Source of the DNA: Sphingomonas sp.
GTDB taxonomy: Bacteria; Pseudomonadota; Alphaproteobacteria; Sphingomonadales; Sphingomonadaceae
Reading direction: 5' to 3'
NCBI GenBank assembly: GCA_043775965.1
Contig: JAYVRZ010000234.1
Coordinates: 41,061 to 105,060, forward strand
DNA: 64,000 bases
Positions 61,701 to 64,000 of this stretch are shown here, in pieces; position 1 is the first letter of the stretch, and each line of letters begins with the position of its first letter. The notes under the pieces were generated by a model that worked only from the letters and a program-made list of their open reading frames with translations, was not told the origin of the DNA and did not search any database. The translations under genes were made by a program, and so were the position numbers.

Positions 61701-63197
61701 ATGATCGGTCGACGCGAAGTAATCACCGCGCTGGGTCTGGTGGGCGTCCTTCCGCAGGCCGCTGCCGCAATGGCGCGAGTGCCAGCCGGCAAGGCGGAGC
61801 CATTTTCGTGGGAGGCGCTGCAGGCGCGTGCTGCCACGCTCGCCACCAAGCCTTACACGGCGCCGGCCAAGGTCGCGGCGGCGGCGGCGATCGATTACGA
61901 CAAGGTCGGCAGCATCCGGTTCCGTAGCGACAAGACGCTCGCCGGCGGCATCCGGCTGTTCCCCCTCGGCCGTTACGCCCCGACCCCCGTGGCGATCAAC
62001 GTCGTCGAGGGCGGGCTGGCTCACCGCGTCGACTTCTCCCGCGACCTGTTCGAGGCGGAGGAAGGCCATGCCGCCGCGCTCGGCATCGCCGGTTTCCGCG
62101 CGATGGCACCGGGCGGGAACAGCGACTGGATGGCGTTCCAGGGCGCATCCTATTTCCGCACCGCCGGGTCGCAGGATCAATACGGACTGTCCGCGCGCGG
62201 CCTCGCGATCAACACCGGGCTGCCCGGCCGCGAGGAGTTTCCCGACTTCACCGAATTCTGGATCGAGCGCACCGGCGCCGACGCCTACACGATCTACGCG
62301 CTGATGGACGGCGCGAGCGTCACCGGCGCGTACCGGTTCGAATCGCGGCACGTCGCGGGCACCGGCGTCGAGCAACGCGTGTCGTCGGTTCTCACCTTGC
62401 GTCGCGACGTCGAGCGGCTCGGCATCGCACCCGCGACCAGCATGTTCTGGTACGGCGAGGGCAACCGTGCCGCCGCGGTCGACTGGCGGCCGGAGATCCA
62501 CGATTCGGACGGTCTTGCGCTGCTCACCGGCGCGGGCGAGCGAATCTGGCGCCCGCTCAACAACCCGCCGCACGACACGCTGGACAGTTTCGCGGATCAG
62601 GCGCCGAAGGGCTTCGGCCTGATCCAGCGCGACCGGAACTTCGATCATTTCCAGGATGACGGCGCGTTCTACGATCGCCGTCCGAACCTGTGGGTCCAGC
62701 CGCAGGGCGATTGGGGCAAGGGCGCGGTGATGCTCTATGCCTTCCCGACCAACAGCGAGACGGTCGACAACGTCGTCTCGTTCTGGACGCCCGCCGCGCC
62801 TGCCAAGGCCGGGCAGCGGTTGCAGTTCGACTATACGCTGTCGTGGCAATCGCGCGACCCGACGACCGTCGCGGCCGCCGCGCACGTGGTCGATTGCTGG
62901 CAGGGCAATGCCGGCCGACCCGGTGCCGAACCGGTCAAGGGCGCGCGCAAGCTGGTCGTCGATTTCGTCGGCGACGGCCTGGCCGGGCTCGACCGGCAGA
63001 GTGGCGTGACCGCGAAGATCGACGTCGTCCGCGGGAAGATCCTCGCCAACGCCGCCTATCCCGTCGTCGGCCAGCCCAACCGCTGGCGGGTTACCGCGGA
63101 TGTCGCGCCCGACGCCGCAGGCCCGGCGGATGTCCGGCTGTTCCTCACGCGCGGCGGTCGCGCGCTCAGCGAAACCGTCCTGACGCCGATCTTCTGA
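61701..63197 (+). CDS. opgD: Periplasmic glucan biosynthesis protein (OpgG/OpgD family), Tat signal
   Basis: MIGRREV leader, AFQGASYFR, QYGLSARGLAI, EEFPDF, RPEIHDSDGL, IWRPLNNP, GFGLIQRDR, DNVVSFW; GGGAG RBS. The OpgD versus OpgG call rests only on the twin-Arg leader. Confidence 0.85.
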   Translation: MIGRREVITALGLVGVLPQAAAAMARVPAGKAEPFSWEALQARAATLATKPYTAPAKVAAAAAIDYDKVGSIRFRSDKTLAGGIRLFPLGRYAPTPVAINVVEGGLAHRVDFSRDLFEAEEGHAAALGIAGFRAMAPGGNSDWMAFQGASYFRTAGSQDQYGLSARGLAINTGLPGREEFPDFTEFWIERTGADAYTIYALMDGASVTGAYRFESRHVAGTGVEQRVSSVLTLRRDVERLGIAPATSMFWYGEGNRAAAVDWRPEIHDSDGLALLTGAGERIWRPLNNPPHDTLDSFADQAPKGFGLIQRDRNFDHFQDDGAFYDRRPNLWVQPQGDWGKGAVMLYAFPTNSETVDNVVSFWTPAAPAKAGQRLQFDYTLSWQSRDPTTVAAAAHVVDCWQGNAGRPGAEPVKGARKLVVDFVGDGLAGLDRQSGVTAKIDVVRGKILANAAYPVVGQPNRWRVTADVAPDAAGPADVRLFLTRGGRALSETVLTPIF

Positions 63198-64000
63198 TGC
63201 ACGCGGCCCCCGTCATGATGCCGGACGAAACGCCGATCGCGATGCCGGCGCAGCAGTTCGACGGTCCGCCGCCGCCCTGGTCCGCGCCGGAACCGGGGCC
63301 CGGCCGCGTCGTGTCGTCGGACGACATGCTCGCGCGCCGGCTGATCCTGGTGCTGATGACCGGGCTGCTCGCGACCGCGGCGTCGGCGGCGGTTCAGGAA
63401 TCGCTGCTGGCCGACGGGCTGAGCCTGTGGGACGCGGTGCTGTTGCTGCTGTTCTTCCCGCTGTTCGCGTGGATCGCGTTCGGATTCATGAACGCCGCGA
63501 TCGGCTTCATATTGCTGATCAGCGGCAGCCATCCGGGGTTCGTCCCCACGCCGCGCCAGTCGGAGCCGCTCGACGGCCGCACCGCTATCCTGATGCCGGT
63601 CCACAACGAGGACATCGACGCGGTCTTCGAACGGATCGCGTGGATGGCGCGCGCGATCGCCGATGGCGGGGTCGCCGACCGGTTCGATTTCTTCATCCTG
63701 AGCGATTCGGGCGCCGCGGTGGAGGCGGCCGAGGTGGCGGCGTGGCAGGCGCTCGCACCGACGCTCGACTGCGCGCTCTATTACCGTCGGCGGACCGAGA
63801 ATGTCGGTCGCAAGCCCGGCAATGTCGCGGAGTGGATCCGGCGGTTCGGCGGGGGCTATCGCTACATGCTCATGCTCGACGCGGACAGTCTGATGGGCGG
63901 CAACACGATCATCGGCATGGCGCAGGTGCTCGAGCGGCGCCCGGCGGTGGCCCTGCTCCAGACCGTGCCCGCGGTGATCAACGGCGTGACGTTCTTCCAG
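63197..64000 (+). CDS. opgH: Glucan biosynthesis glucosyltransferase H (partial, runs off window end)
   Basis: Own translation from ATG 63197: RTAILMPVHNED, FDFFILSDS, YYRRRTENVGRKPGNV, MLMLDADSLM. Confidence 0.92.
   Translation, partial: MHAAPVMMPDETPIAMPAQQFDGPPPPWSAPEPGPGRVVSSDDMLARRLILVLMTGLLATAASAAVQESLLADGLSLWDAVLLLLFFPLFAWIAFGFMNAAIGFILLISGSHPGFVPTPRQSEPLDGRTAILMPVHNEDIDAVFERIAWMARAIADGGVADRFDFFILSDSGAAVEAAEVAAWQALAPTLDCALYYRRRTENVGRKPGNVAEWIRRFGGGYRYMLMLDADSLMGGNTIIGMAQVLERRPAVALLQTVPAVINGVTFFQ

Overview
High-GC alphaproteobacterial chromosome segment, most likely a sphingomonad (many TonB-dependent receptors, TBDRs, and sphingomonad-style palindromic repeats). It is dominated by carbohydrate uptake and catabolism. 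(1) 0.6-14.3 kb: sugar/sugar-acid locus with a Tat-signal UxuA-like dehydratase, TBDR, sugar porter, GH43 and GH2, divergent from kdgD-lysR, with a convergent glucarate-type MFS. (2) 14.4-19.4 kb: iron-uptake module (siderophore TBDR, DUF3649-like, PepSY-TM and DUF3325-like genes) with Fur-like boxes. (3) 19.5-24.2 kb: small accessory genes, a CPA1 antiporter, a candidate structured RNA and an antitoxin remnant. (4) 24.3-30.7 kb: a stand-alone bamA outside the usual rseP-bamA-skp operon, divergent from a small unknown gene and a TBDR. (5) 30.8-57.5 kb: a GlcNAc/N-glycan system, cutC-nagQ-nagB-nagA-nagF-nagE (PTS) divergent from TBDR-GH2-GH20-GH2-GH3-GH125-GH92-GH29. (6) 58-64 kb: FAD protein-nhaA-kdpE-like operon and opgD/G-opgH. 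The strongest leads are an 84-bp REP-like palindrome inserted in frame inside nagF, the orphan BamA with Thr/Ser/Tyr-rich loops, CutC heading the nag operon, and a dehydratase with a twin-arginine leader. No rRNA, tRNA, CRISPR or intact transposase was recognised. All family calls come from motif recognition by eye; no searches were run.
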